From: Octopus bimaculoides
Lineage: Eukaryota
Assembly: GCF_001194135.2 (NCBI RefSeq)
Contig: NC_068984.1
Location: forward strand, 8,225,278 to 8,265,979
DNA length: 40,702 bases
Reading direction: 5' to 3'
Part shown: one piece after another, positions 22,661 to 35,829 of the stretch
Layout of the letters: every line of letters begins with the position of its first letter
Position numbering within the stretch: position 1 is the stretch's first letter
Notes under the pieces: model-generated
What the model was told of the DNA's origin: nothing
Databases searched by the model: none
Seen by the model: the letters and a program-made list of their open reading frames with translations, nothing else
Program-made: the position numbers and the translations under genes

Positions 22661-24799
22661 CATATAAAATTTGGCAACATAAAATATTTCCAAAAATGTC
22701 GTTAGTTAAAATCTTGTGGTACCTGAGAGTTTCATGATTCAATATTTACCATTTTGTTTTTGTATTTTCAGTGAACACATCATGTTCATGGTTATGAATA
22801 TCTAAATTTAATGTTCGAGAATTGCTGATGATAAAAACAAAAACGTTTTATCGTTGGCGCATATGTTGAACCAGAGCGCAAGAAAAAAATACGTGTCGAT
22901 CTAATTACAGCTATTTCACAACTATTAATTATATTCTTAACATCCTCTTCGTCTCCCGGCATTTTATATTGTTATCAATTGAGATGACATATCCAGTAGA
23001 GCTGGCGAATTTTAATAATTTTTCTCCTTTCATTAAACATTTTAGTTTTTCAAGTCATGAGAAAATTGAAAATCCGTACAAATGTTCAATTTAAAATTGT
23101 AAACTTCATTTCCACTTTCATACTGCAAAGGACGATTCTTGTATTTTGTATAGTGACTTAGCAAAGTATGAAGACTTCCATGACTATATCTAACGTCATA
23201 TTTCTCACTTGACTGCTATAGATTATAACCACTAGAGAAGAAAATTAATTCAGGATTTTAAATAAGTCAATGACTTATAATAATGAATCGAAAAGAACTG
23301 ACAAAAAACGTGACACAAAAGAATTCCTTCAATTGGTCCAAATATATGCTAGAAATAACAGTCGAATCGTTCTCATGTATGTTACCTAATGGCCATAATG
23401 TTTTAAGGCACGAAGCAAATATCATCTAAGGAAACGTAACCGTAGAGATGGTATTATGCCTGAAAAAGAGAAAGGATAGATGTTGTAATACGTTTGATAA
23501 GGGGTCTTCTACAGAGCCCCCAATTTTAACACTTAGTAAAAAATGTTAGCTCTATATCCTAACATATTCGTACAATTAAAGTTCTCAAGAGGAAAGCAAC
23601 GTTAACGCAGTTATAATGGTGCATATTTCCAACTAGTTGTACTTGTTGCTCATCGTCTGAGCAAAATTTGTTTCAAGAAAATTTACTTTTGAAACAACTG
23701 AAGTGATAGAGTTGAAGCTCTAAATATTCGCATAATATACCAGAATTAACAGAATAGTAAACCAGTGAAAATTGTCGCTTTATATATTTCGCAGATCTAT
23801 TTATTACTCAACCCAAGCATATAATCGTAATCGTGCATGAATATGTGGCTTGAGGGGAGGCATTTTTTCTTGTTTTCAAATATAATGAGAAATATCTTCT
23901 ATGATGTGTTGCTGTTTCATACACATAGTCCCAAACACAGATATTCCAGGATATTCTTGGATTAATGCAAAGTAGCAGTCATAACATCACGTTAATTGAG
24001 ATATCATTTGATGACAACCTAATAATATGTTTTCGGGAAGTCTATTCGGAGGTTACCAAAATTTAACTCGCTGTAAATCACAACCTTGGAGATTTGAGTT
24101 TAATTTTTTGGATCACATTTCTCACACAGGGTATCTGTGATTTAAACTGACTAGAATCAATGCTATACATTTTTGCACGCTGCAGGACCTCTTGGAGAAC
24201 TGTACATGCCAAGAAGTATTCATTATAGATTGTACAAGGCACAAGTGGCGAAAACTATCGTCATTTTGGCAAACCATCAAGACAGCGTTTTGCCTTCAGT
24301 CAAATGCAGTACACAAGAGACTGCCTCTGCTTGGAACAGTTTGTATTTTGCTGGCAGTTTTACACCCTGTCATTTCCCGCAGCGATTAATGAGCGACAGC
24401 AGCAACCCACCTCCGCGAACAGGTTCTGTTATGCATATATATATATACATACATACATTGATACGTATACACAGAAACAAGTATAAACAGTCATGAATAT
24501 AAACATATGTGTGTATACAAGCAAATATATGTATAAACATGAGTGTGAATGTGTGAATGTGTGAGTGTATGTGTGTGCGTGTGTGTGGGTGTGTGTGTGT
24601 GTGTGTGTGTGGATAATTAGATAGATAGATAGATAGATAAATAGAGAGATAGATAGAGAGATAGATAGATAGATAGATAGATAGAGAGACAGATAGATAG
24701 ATATGCAGATAAATAGATGGATGGTTAGATCGATAGACAAATCGATTGGAATTATAGATGTATACAAGTGTCTGTGTGTGGGTGCGTGTGTGTGTGTGC

Positions 24800-25121
24800 N
24801 NNNNNNNNNNNNNNNNNNNNNNNNNNNNNNNNNNNNNNNNNNNNNNNNNNNNNNNNNNNNNNNNNNNNNNNNNNNNNNNNNNNNNNNNNNNNNNNNNNNN
24901 NNNNNNNNNNNNNNNNNNNNNNNNNNNNNNNNNNNNNNNNNNNNNNNNNNNNNNNNNNNNNNNNNNNNNNNNNNNNNNNNNNNNNNNNNNNNNNNNNNNN
25001 NNNNNNNNNNNNNNNNNNNNNNNNNNNNNNNNNNNNNNNNNNNNNNNNNNNNNNNNNNNNNNNNNNNNNNNNNNNNNNNNNNNNNNNNNNNNNNNNNNNN
25101 NNNNNNNNNNNNNNNNNNNNN
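24800..25121. other. Assembly gap
   Basis: N run. Confidence 1.
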
Positions 25122-25570
25122 AAATAATGCGGTCTTTTATACTTCTTTTATTTTTCAAACTTAAGATAAATCAAATACGTTTAAATCTAAAATATACTCT
25201 CCTTCATTTTCCACAATTTTCTTCCACCTATCCGGTGGACCTGCAATACCTCTTTTCTAAAATCCACTTGTCTGTGACCAAAAATACTCCTCTAGTACTG
25301 TTCTGACCTCGTCTACAGAATTCATACTTTTTCCGTCCAAATGATTTTGAAGACTGTGGAATAAATGATAATCAGATGGGGCAATGTCCGGCGAATATAG
25401 TGGGTGTGGCATCGTTTCTCATTCAAACTGCTCCAGCCTTTGGAATGTCATCCTTGTTGTGTGTGGTCGAGCATTATCCTGATGGAAGAACACCTTTTGT
25501 CTGGAAACCAAGGAAGGTCGTTTTCCTTCTAGCGCCTTCTTAAGCAGTTCAAGGTGTTTGCAGTGGTTCA
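25122..25570 (-). pseudogene. Mariner transposase C-terminal half (D34D)
   Basis: LKKALEGKRPSLVSRQKVFFHQDNARPHTTRMTFQRLEQFE*ETMPHPLYSPDIAPSDYHLFHSLQNHLDGK...DRWKKIVENEGEYILD, with 34 residues between the two catalytic D residues. Confidence 0.92.
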
Positions 25571-25610
25571 TATATATACACACACGCATATAAATATATA
25601 TATATATGTA

Positions 25611-25649
<39 letters not shown>

Positions 25650-25950
25650 AAGTGCAGGAATGGCTGTGTGGTAAGCAGTTTGCTTACCAACTACATTATT
25701 CCGGGTTCAGTCCCACTGTGTAGCACCTTGGGCAAATGTCTTCTACTATAACCTCGGGCTATCTTAAAAGTGGATTTGTTACACGGAAACTGAAAGAAGC
25801 CCGTTGTATATATATATATATATATACATTGGTGTGTCTGTGTGTCTGTGTGTGTGTCTGTGTCTGTGTGTGTGTCTGTGTCTGTGTTTCTTACCCCAAC
25901 ATCGGCTGACAACCGATGCTGATGTATTTACGTCCCGTAAATTAGCGGTT
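25650..25950 (+). mobile_element. SINE family A, 3'-truncated
   Basis: A-box-like TGGCTGTGTGG, B-box-like GGGTTCAGTCCC, internal microsatellite, then GACAACCGATGCTG. Confidence 0.88.
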
Positions 25951-26484
25951 GTATATCCTCCAATCTACTGGATTAATCCGAAAGAGCGTCTCTCTGCGAT
26001 TTACCTTCTTACATTAGACAATCATTCGCCACTCAAATGCTGATACTTGTAGGGTCGATAAAGTACAGTTATTGATTTTCGCATCAGTCGTTCATATACC
26101 GAAGAATGTAACATGATATTTTTACATGTGGCATGCATCTGTTATCGATTTTATCAATTTTAGCAATAACGAAGACATTTATGCTTAAATTGTTCTTAAT
26201 AAGAGAGACGATTCCATCTTGCTATTAAAAGAAACATCATAATTAGTTATTTCATTTAATCGGATCATGAATAAAATAGCGAAGAAGATTTCAGAAAAAA
26301 TACTCAGAACAAAAATTCTACGCATTAAAAGTTTAGATCTAATATCATCCGTAAAGCACAACCATCATTTACCTGTGAATACGTGTATGTTCAATGGGGA
26401 AGCATTTACAGAATTGATAGGGGAAGTATTTTATTAGATGCGTAATATAGAAGAGAGTTCTCTAGTTGGTGACCTGGGAAAATC

Positions 26485-26555
26485 GTTAATCCACTGAGCA
26501 AATTGTTTAGCGGCATTTCCTCCGGTTCGTTACGTTCTTTGTTCAAATCCCGCCG
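26485..26555 (+). mobile_element. SINE family B, head only
   Basis: GAAAATCGTTAA...TTTAGCGGCATTTC...TTACGTTCT..GTTCAAATCCCGCCG. Confidence 0.6.
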
Positions 26556-26616
26556 ATTATATATTAGAAATGATACATTTCTAAATCTCTCAGAGAGACT
26601 TAACCACTAGTGATAC

Positions 26617-26973
26617 GATAAAGTAGTTGTATGCTGTCAACTTAACGTGACGGTCCCAAGAAGGGAATCATACTACTGCTATTTAGCCCTAGGAAGCTGC
26701 ACCGTTTCCTGTCGGCCTTGACACATTTCCTTCTCCTTATGTTTGCGAGGGGAGACAAGTACCTCAACCCAGGAGGTGAGGAGCAAAAACTCAGAAACAT
26801 GCCCCTGGATGCAGGCTTGGCTGGGTGGGAGTGCTTGTCTCCCCCTCGTAAACATAACGACACAGGAAATGTGTCAAGGCCGACAGGAATCGGTGCAGCT
26901 TCCTAGGGCTAAATAACAGTAGTATGATTCCCTTATTGGGACTGTCACGTTAAGTTGACAGTGTACAACTACT

Positions 26974-26978
<5 letters not shown>
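26617..26978. mobile_element. 362-bp foldback element / MITE
   Basis: Outer arms 26617-26730 and 26865-26978 match at 108 of 114 positions. About 30 bp of further imperfect pairing leaves a loop of about 68 nt. Confidence 0.92.

Positions 26979-27038
<60 letters not shown>
26975..27038. repeat. (TATC)n microsatellite
   Basis: Read directly from the sequence; contiguous with the end of the foldback element. Confidence 0.97.
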
Positions 27039-28779
27039 CGTAGTGTTGGTTTGTTAGATAAATCCGTTTGCCATTTGCCTGAAAAGGGGTAAAATTTATT
27101 CCCAGTTCAAAAATGATAAAAAAAACGTTTTCCATGATGAATGGAGCTATAGAAAACCATAATATATTAAGATTAAAATATTTTCCTGTTGTTGACATCA
27201 TGAGAATTATAATTTTCGATACAACTTGCAATAATTCTTTTCTCCTAATGTTGAATCTCGAAGCTTATACGCTAAATATAATAATATGGAAATATTAGAA
27301 ACGGGTAGCGTCGACGCTTTCTATCCAAAGATATTTTAACCTGTTATTTAGACGCTATTATTTATCACTTATCTGCTTCGACATCCAACGTTCCAAAGAA
27401 GAAATATTCATGTTCATTTAACAAACATTAGAAAGTATTACAATAACGTGTAAAAATTGACCTAAATAATTTTGATTAGCCAGTAATTCACTCACATTTC
27501 TTTATCTGTTTTGACATGAAACGGCTGTGAGTGATATCTGAAGACTCAACATTTAAATTATACGCTGAATTTTAATTAAGAATTTTCATTGAGAAACATG
27601 ACAGTCAGAGCAATATATTTAACAATATATTAATTTATTTGGCTAATTGTGTATCTGAAATATACTAAGTTTCCATTACAGTTCCTGACAGTTATAACAT
27701 GATATCAATGTCTGAAGTGGTTTATTAAAATTCATATAAACAGGTATTCGATGTTCATGAGTATAGTCATCATGATCACCATCATCATCAGTATTATTAT
27801 TATCATTATTATTATATTTTGCTTCATTTTTAAATTTTCCAATTAAATAAATTGTTTTCAGGAATTATGTAGAAATATCTGTGAAATGTAGGAATGTCAG
27901 ACAATGGTCACAGCTCACTGGTTGGAACTAATAATAACGTAAATATAATAATAGACTCTAGAGTTTATTAGATTGTTCTAAATGGATAACAATGTCCAGA
28001 TATCAGCAAAAATGCCGGTTGATCAATTAATGGCAGACACAGAGCTATCGCCAAAGAAATTCACTGTACTTGATGGCATAACAGACACAATTTCAACTTC
28101 ACATATTCGAGATAAAACTGTTAATGTTTATGGGAGGTCGAACTTTGCATTAATTTGCTTTGAAAAACGTGCGTTTTACATGCTATTGAATTCGAAAATT
28201 GTAAATGGGTCAGTTTGGCTGGCTGTTGACAGGTTCCATGCAGAAAAGTGCAACTCGCGTCAGTAAGCATTAGCCCCATATGTTTAATATATTCAACATT
28301 TACTAAGACCAGTCCAAATTAACATTGAAACATTAGGTCATCGACGGTACGAAGTCTTGATTCCCGCTTCTTCCCATGTAGTTTTTAAAAGTTTTTTCAC
28401 ATTGGTCAGGAAAACTTATACCATGAAAAATAAAATGAAGAAATAGTAAAATAAGAACAAGAATGACCACACAAACAAAACAAAACAAGATCATTGAAAA
28501 GAAAGCCTATTTAGATTATTCGTCAATATTATCAAATGTCACGTTCTCTGAGTAAATTTCTATCTTTATGAGTCTATATTTATTTCCCTTGAATACAATA
28601 ACAATAAAGCATCATTGAATTACATTAAATACTGCCTGCTTTAGATGTTAATAACGTACACTATAAATATTTAGTTGCAGTAAAATACTTTGAAGTCACA
28701 ATAAAATGTATTTTCAATGTAATTCATGTATTTATTTTAGTTTGCGGAATGTAAAATACCTTCACAAACTTTCTAAAGA

Positions 28780-29720
28780 GATACGATCCGAACCGGCCAT
28801 AGGATAGATGGTGTTCCAGGCAAGATACATTTTGGCGGCCCGAAAACTAGAAATATGGTTCTTTTTAATGTTCACCACGAGTAAAACATTCAAAAGTAGG
28901 AATATATTGCATTTATTACAATATATTAAGCATAACAATAAAGCGTTTATTATTTCCATTGCGAACCACTCTCAAAACATAGCATGGTATCCGAACCGAT
29001 TGTTTTCCTGAGCGAGAGCTGTTTGAAGATGTTTGTGAACTGACTGCACCAAATTAGTCCAACGTGAACCCATACATCAAATAATTTTCAAAGGGCTGGA
29101 ATAACTTTGGTTCGATGATAAAAACACCGTAAGGACAGAAATACCGCAGTAAACTGTCCGGGGGGGGGGTACATATATTTTTACCTTCTGAGATAAAATG
29201 AAGAGGAACTGGGAAGATTTATATTAGAAATATCGAATATCGTGCCTATAATTATGCTGAAGTGTCATCATGTATTGGCCAGACAAGTCAAGATCTCTGA
29301 AACTACATCATAGAGTGTGAGACACTCACGTATTGCCATAAATACTGGTGCTGCCATGCTTCAATCTCTCGTTTATGTGGCGGAAATGTGCTAAAAATGT
29401 TTTATGAATTTCCACATTTATCAACAGAGAGGTTGGCACGCATGCCAAATGATCCTAGTTTGTGTGCTAAGTTTAAATGGATCCAGCTGCGTTGGGTTAC
29501 ACATGTTCTCAGAATGCTTGTCTGTTGACAAACAACAATGAAAGGTGCAGTGTTCGTTCACCACTAAAAGATTCAAAGATGCTCTTAAAAAGAACCTTGA
29601 AAGACTGCGAGATCTGCTCGAACTTGTGAGAGCATGATGCTCACATGATATTGTTTTCAATGAGAAGGGCACTAAAAACTCAAATGCTTACGAATCTTTG
29701 TGTGCCTGCAGAGTTGCATA
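28780..29720 (+). pseudogene. Heavily decayed, internally deleted RTE LINE RT fragment
   Basis: In order: RIDGVPGK...GGPK, RELFEDVCELTA (from ELLFADDCAL), FSKGWNNFG, EVSSCIGQTSQ, IQLRWVTHVLRM, KRFKDALKKNL. Confidence 0.75.
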
Positions 29721-30519
29721 AGAACTTCTCTGTCTCTGAGAACGATATTTTCCTTAGAATGTAGGATTTTCTCTCTGGATTATGTTTAATGCATATTATC
29801 TTGAATAATTGACATAAATCGCCTAACTGTTACGTCATTGTTCTGTACTTTGTGAACGGTTCTCTTTAGGGATCTTGTGATTCAATTTCTATTCAGTGTT
29901 GTGAAAGTTGATGATTAATTGAAACAAAGCGATTCTTGTATTGTAAATATCTACGGTTTCTCACGAGCCATACATTGAAGGTTTTATTAGAGTATGTTCT
30001 GAGATATTCATCGCTACCAACATTCCATTTTGTGATGCAGCGCTCTAAAATTTTTTTTACTCCTGATTGGTTGGAGTAAACTTCAAGAGACTTTGAAACG
30101 GCTTGCTTGTGCCAATGCAGTCAATCAATGGCTCTGCATACCGGACGCCATTATGTTCACATCCCGATGGTCTCTGAAGTTGCAGTGACATTCTTGAGAA
30201 ATTTCGACCTTCGAGCAATTCTGTAATATGAAGCATAACGTCATCTACCAGGAGTCTGTTGGTCCAATCTAGTTCATACTTATTCTATCTCACTGAGTTT
30301 ATCTTCTAGGTTAGAGAAGATAAGGTTCAAGGGATTAACTGGCCTTTAGCTTACCGTAAGTTCTGTAAAACGATGCTAAATGGTGCAGCCATTCAGCCAT
30401 GATACGAATAAAAATGTAGGAAATCCCATTCTGATCGTGCGTAGAACAGCAGCAGTAAGGCCAGAATACCTGAGCTTCAAAGATATTAAAATCTACATGT
30501 AGACGACTACGTGCACACC

Positions 30520-30790
30520 AATAGAGCATTCAATTAAGGGTCGTGAGTTCGATTCTTGGTTGCAGGTTGTGTCCTTGAGCGAGACACTATTTTATTTTAC
30601 TTCAGTCTGCTCAGCTGACAAAAATCAGGTTTACCTTTAATTGAAAGGGATGTGTCACGCTGCATCTCCCTGAGAACTACGTTAAGTGTAAGCATGTGAG
30701 CGGAGGTCTCAGTGATTTGCAGGTTAATTTCACGAGCCGGTTGTTCCGCTGGTTGTATCAACTGAAACCCTAGTTTGTGTGCCAACGAAA
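30520..30790 (+). mobile_element. SINE family C, nested in the TTAA element
   Basis: GGTCGTGAGTTCGATTC...GTGTCCTTGAGCGAGACACT...CCCTGAGAACTACGTTAAG...GTTAATTTCACGAGC...ATCAACTGAAACCC. Confidence 0.8.
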
Positions 30791-30984
30791 TGCTAGTATC
30801 TTCAATTTTACCATCGTAAATTGAGATATCTGGTTGGTGATGCGTTGCAGCAATATCTACATTTAGTTCATTAATACCTACTAATAGTTGAGCGTGGAGA
30901 CATTTTGTAGCTGATTTGGCCTGTACAGAACAACGAGAAATCAACCGTAGTTGTTATATTTGGAATACTTTTTGTGGCTTTTTA

Positions 30985-31070
30985 CATTCTGAATCCAAAT
31001 ACCGTCAGGGTCAACTTTGCCTTTGATACCTCCAGGGTCCATATCAAAATACCAGGCAAGTTACGATGGT
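30985..31070 (+). mobile_element. SINE family B fragment, nested in the TTAA element
   Basis: CATTCTGAATCCAAATACCGTCAGGGTCAACTTTGCCTTTGAT. Confidence 0.6.
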
Positions 31071-31836
31071 GAATGTAAACGATTTGCTTCCATAATTAAA
31101 AAAATATGCTTTAGTCGCACATACACCAAAGAAACTGGGCAACCGTCCTAATGTCTCGTATAGCAATCCGAGAAAAATATAGTTAGGCAAAGGAAGGAAT
31201 GCATGTTGTTTTCTTCGGGTAGATTTTAATATCCCTGAAGCTCAGGTATTCTTGCCTTACTGCTGCTGCATGCGATCGGAATGTAATTTTCTACATTTTT
31301 ATTCGTATCATGGCTGAATGACTGTGCCATTTAGCATAGTTTTACAGAGCTTACGGTAATTTAAAGGCCAGTTAACCTTATTTCAAAAAGACCATTTCAA
31401 GTGAAATTTAAGGCTGATTTCGGTTGTTTTATTTGTTTTCTTGATGTTTGCTTTTACTTTTGATTACGAAGGCTTTTCGTATATCTTTCTATTTCCGATA
31501 CGTCTATTATGTTTATCCTCTTCCAAATGGTTCTAATGTTTTTCCTTAGTTGCAAACTTGACTTCATCTTGTTGAATAGTTTCAAAGCTACACTTTCCCT
31601 GATCGGTAGTGCTGGTACCAGATGCAGTTAGAGTGACCTTTTTTGCATCCTCGTCTTTCATATCGTTAAACTAATATTTCCAGATGTTTATGGAGTCTGT
31701 AAAGCGACTTTCAATGCCGGTACATTTACTTATATCTTTTGTAATACTTCACTGAAAATTTCAGTAGGGACTAAACATAAGAAAATATCTTATTTGTTTA
31801 TTGCTTTTCATACTGAACAACTAACCTCTGGTCGTC

Positions 31837-32029
31837 GTGGCACTCCGTCGGTTACGACGACAATGGTTCCAGTTGATCTGATCAACGGAACATCCTGCTC
31901 GTGAAATTAACGTGCAAGTGGCTGAGAACTCCACAGACACGTGTACCCTTAACACAGTTCTCGGGGATATTCAGCGTGACACAGAGTGTGACAAGGCTGG
32001 CCCTTTGAAATACAAGTACAACAGAAACA

Positions 32030-32116
<87 letters not shown>

Positions 32117-32282
32117 TTGTGGTAAGAGATTACAGCAGGATTCGTCACCAATCCCTGCCAGAGCCTCGTGGGGCTTTAGGTGTTTTCGCTCAATAGACAC
32201 TCACAAATCTCGGTCTGGGAATCGAAACCGTGACCCCACAACTGCGAGTCCGCTAACCAAACTACTGTGCCATCGCGCCTCT
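31837..32282 (-). mobile_element. Full-length SINE family C variant with internal (TC)n
   Basis: tRNA-like head on the minus strand near 32280 (GGGAATCGAAACC on plus), an internal (GA)n tract, and the tail GTGGCACTCCGTCGGTTACGACGA...GTTCCAGTTGATC. Confidence 0.88.
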
Positions 32283-32899
32283 ACTAACCTGTAATATCCA
32301 TGGCATGTCAGACACTCGGGAATAAGAACGTTTGGGGCGGAATTTTCGGCTATATTCCATGTCATTGGAGGAACACAATTCCCATCTACTTGCCAATTTA
32401 GACCATCGGGATCCCGTTTGTCAGGATCTGTTCTTTAACGGTCTGGAGTTACTGGCCTCCATCACTTTGTTAGGTTTTGGTAAGGAAATATATTAACATT
32501 GCCAGAGAGTGTGTGTTCATACTTTGACAATGTTACTTTGAAGAAAATAATAAAGAGATACAAAAAACAAAGAGAATAAGTGTTCGATTTAGTCTTTCTT
32601 TGAATATAAAGAGATAGAGTGATGGAATCAAAGTAAAAGAGATGAGACAGAGAGAAAGCGGAAGGCAGAGATACAGAGAAATAGAGAGTACATGATTGTG
32701 CAGTGACAGTTGTGATAAGTTCTCAGTTTAAAATATATTGTAGACAGAAAAAAGATGGAAAAAAGGAAAAAAGGTAGCGAAGAGGACGAGATGTGTGAGT
32801 ATAAAAGTGTGGGTTTGTGTGCATGCATGTCTATGTGTATGCGTATATTTACTTCTAACATAGTTCAAATTTTCTTCTTTTTATATATCCCAGCCTACT

Positions 32900-32943
<44 letters not shown>

Positions 32944-32953
32944 NNNNNNNNNN
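32944..32953. other. Assembly gap (10 N)
   Basis: N run between (CA)n and (TA)n. Confidence 1.
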
Positions 32954-34244
32954 ATATATATATATATATATATATATAGATATACATGTATACGCACACG
33001 CACACATATTTCATGTTCATGTTAATACTAGAGGATGCATATGTAGGAATATGAATATACATATACGATTGCATATATACATACACATCACCCATACACG
33101 CATTCACATACACACACACAAACTCACAAATAAGTATGTATATATTCTTAAAAGAAATCTCTTACCCATAATCAATAATCAATTTTGACTCTGTTCATTA
33201 GTAATATTTGACATTTCATATTATATCGCCATTTTCGTCTTGTGATTTTCCCGTACGAAAGCTACAAATACGAATACGGCCGGACGGAATTATATTAAGT
33301 TTAATATTTTAGAAATTAGTTTGTTCTGCATTTCCTTTGCCGTTCTTTAAAGAGTCGTTAACGAGTCTGGTGGAGACCAGTCTAATCTACTATGCGTACC
33401 AGAAACTCCTCGCTAAAAACGTAATCGTGCGAGTAATACCAACGGAAATCATTAAAGTATGAAAGATTGCTATGTATCAACTAATTACTGTCTTGTAATG
33501 ATTAACATCTTTCAACCAAACTTCCAATTTAAAAGTAATGGCTAGCGAAATGAAAATTCATGCTTTTTTTTTTATACAATATTTTGTCTTTATTAATTAT
33601 TCTATTTTTATATTTTAGTTAGTTTTGCTAGGCTTGTTTTTGTTTCGTCTTGCTATTTTCTTAGTTAACAGTGGGAAATGTAAATTTTTGCTCATTAATG
33701 TTACGATGAATTTAATAATTACATTATATTGAATTTTAAATGTTGTCTTAACCCAAATCGAACATTTAGGACAAGTTCATATTTAAATATTGCTTTTATA
33801 TTAAGTTGTATTAGTTTTTCATTTTATCAAACACCAGTCTTTGCTTTATATTTAGAAGAAAAGACAGATAGTAGCATGTTTTTTGCTGTTCTTGATATCG
33901 ATTTCTTGCGGCTAGCTCTATGCATTTATTGGTGTTTAAATATGGTTATGCCATGAGGTAACTGGTTAGACAACTAGCAAATAAAAGAGCGTGTAAACAG
34001 TCGCTTAACAAGGTAGAAATAGCAACAAGATTTATCTCGGTACAAGTTACAACATCTTAAATGAAAAGACGCGTCGGATAACGCGGTTAGGAGACACGGT
34101 TCGGAAAATGACTGTTTTAATAAATCCTTGATTTGTGCTGAGTTTTGTTCAGCAAAAATATCAAGTAACTAGACGTAATCCATGAATGTGTAAATTTTCC
34201 CCGTAGTGGACAATTTTCTACGCCTTTAAATAAATATATACACA

Positions 34245-34632
34245 AAGGCGTAGACGTGGCTACGTGGTAAGAAACTTGCTTACGAACCACATGATTCCGG
34301 GTTCAGTCTCACTGCGTAGCAGTTTGAGCAAGTGTTTTCTACTATAGCCTCGGGCAGGCCAAAGCCTTGTGAGTGGATTTGAAAGAAGCCCGTCATATAT
34401 ATATATATATTTCTATATATGTTTGTGTGTCTTTGTGCCTGTGTTTGTCTCCCCACCATCGCCTGACAACCGATTAGGTGTGTTTGCGTCCCTGTAAATT
34501 AGCGGGTTGGCAAAAGTGACCGATAGAATAAGTACTATGCTTACAAAGAATAAGTCCTGGGGGTCGATTGATTCGAATAAAGTCCGTGCTCCAGCATGGC
34601 CGCAGTCAAACGGCAGAAGCAAATAAGAGTAT
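34245..34632 (+). mobile_element. Full-length SINE family A
   Basis: AAGGCGTAGACGTGGCTACGTGGTAAG...CCGGGTTCAGTCTC, internal (TA)n, and the tail CTCCAGCATGGCCGCAGTCAAA. Confidence 0.9.
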
Positions 34633-34634
34633 AA

Positions 34635-34830
34635 GCAGACTCGTTAGCGCGTCACTAAAAAAATGCTTAGCGGCATTTCTCCGACACTTTACAATCTGAG
34701 TTCAAACCGCGCAAGCAAGAAAGTTGCATTTTGTCCCTTCAGGATCGATAAAAAAAATATCTGTCGAATACTGGGGTTGATATAATCGACTTGCCCCATT
34801 CCCTAGTAAAAGTGCTGGTTTCAATTCCTG
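34635..34830 (+). mobile_element. SINE family B, directly after the SINE-A copy
   Basis: GCAGACTCGTTAGC...ATGCTTAGCGGCATTTC...CTGAGTTCAAA...ATACTGGGGTTGATATAATCGACTT. Confidence 0.8.
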
Positions 34831-35689
34831 CAAAGGACTGCCGTCCCTTTCCTGAGTTGTTGTGACATCGATCACCATTGCTCCGTGGAAACCGAATAGT
34901 GAGCTTAATGCATCCCAGAGCTGAAGATAAGTCTTAAAAATATGAGTACGGGATGCAAATGCGTCTGATATATTTCGCATTTAGCGTGCTCTACTGTACA
35001 CAAATCCTTCCATTTTGCGTGGGGTAGACGGCATCACTTTTAAATTTATTTGTTGTTAATAATTTCGTATTTTAGCCAGATGCTTGGCGGTTTATCATTT
35101 TTCACTTTTACTTTCTCTCTTCTATAATTTCAAGTCCAGATACTAAACAAAAGCACTCTAGATGTTAATATTGGTTTGTTATGTCTTCTCAGAATTGTCC
35201 TGCTGTTTTACTTGTCAATTGCCACATTTCCGATGTCGAAACCCCCACTCACATAACTACATTCTCTCTTAGATACCATTTCGTGTTTCTGAATTCTTCG
35301 TCTTGAGACCAACTACTTGTTTTCTTCAACGAATTGTTCTCGCTTTTCAAGATGGCTGATTTATTGTTAGGCTCTTATGTTTATCGAGAATTTTATTGTT
35401 ATTGTTCTTATCTTGTATTTCTGTAGTATTTGTCTCGTCTCTGGTATTTTCTTTTTGTTCATTTGATTTAGTATTAAAAATATTTTATCATATTTTCTAT
35501 TTGTGTATATTTTTTTTATTTTCTTTTACACGTTCAGTATTTGTGTTTCGAACTTTTTATATTTTACTTGTTTCACTCATTGGACTGCAGCCAATATTAT
35601 TCCTTGTAACGTAATTCCTATTTTATTTTTATACTGTCCACTAGTCCAAAGCAAAAAAATATTGATTTCACTCCTTTACCTATTTCATT

Positions 35690-35829
<140 letters not shown>

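Larger units (their letters stand above)
30339..31371. mobile_element. Non-autonomous DNA element with ~155-bp TIRs and TTAA flanks
   Basis: 30339-30496 is the reverse complement of 31219-31371. TTAA lies at 30335-38 and 31372-75. Confidence 0.85.

Noticed and set aside
27982-28266. 94-aa ATG ORF with protein-like composition
   Set aside because: No recognisable motif and no convincing splice sites; this length can occur by chance. BLASTp would settle it.
25650-34632. A/B-box motifs suggesting tRNA genes (e.g. 25661, 30540, 32215, 34255)
   Set aside because: They are heads of SINEs; no cloverleaf or acceptor stem is present and each continues into a SINE body.
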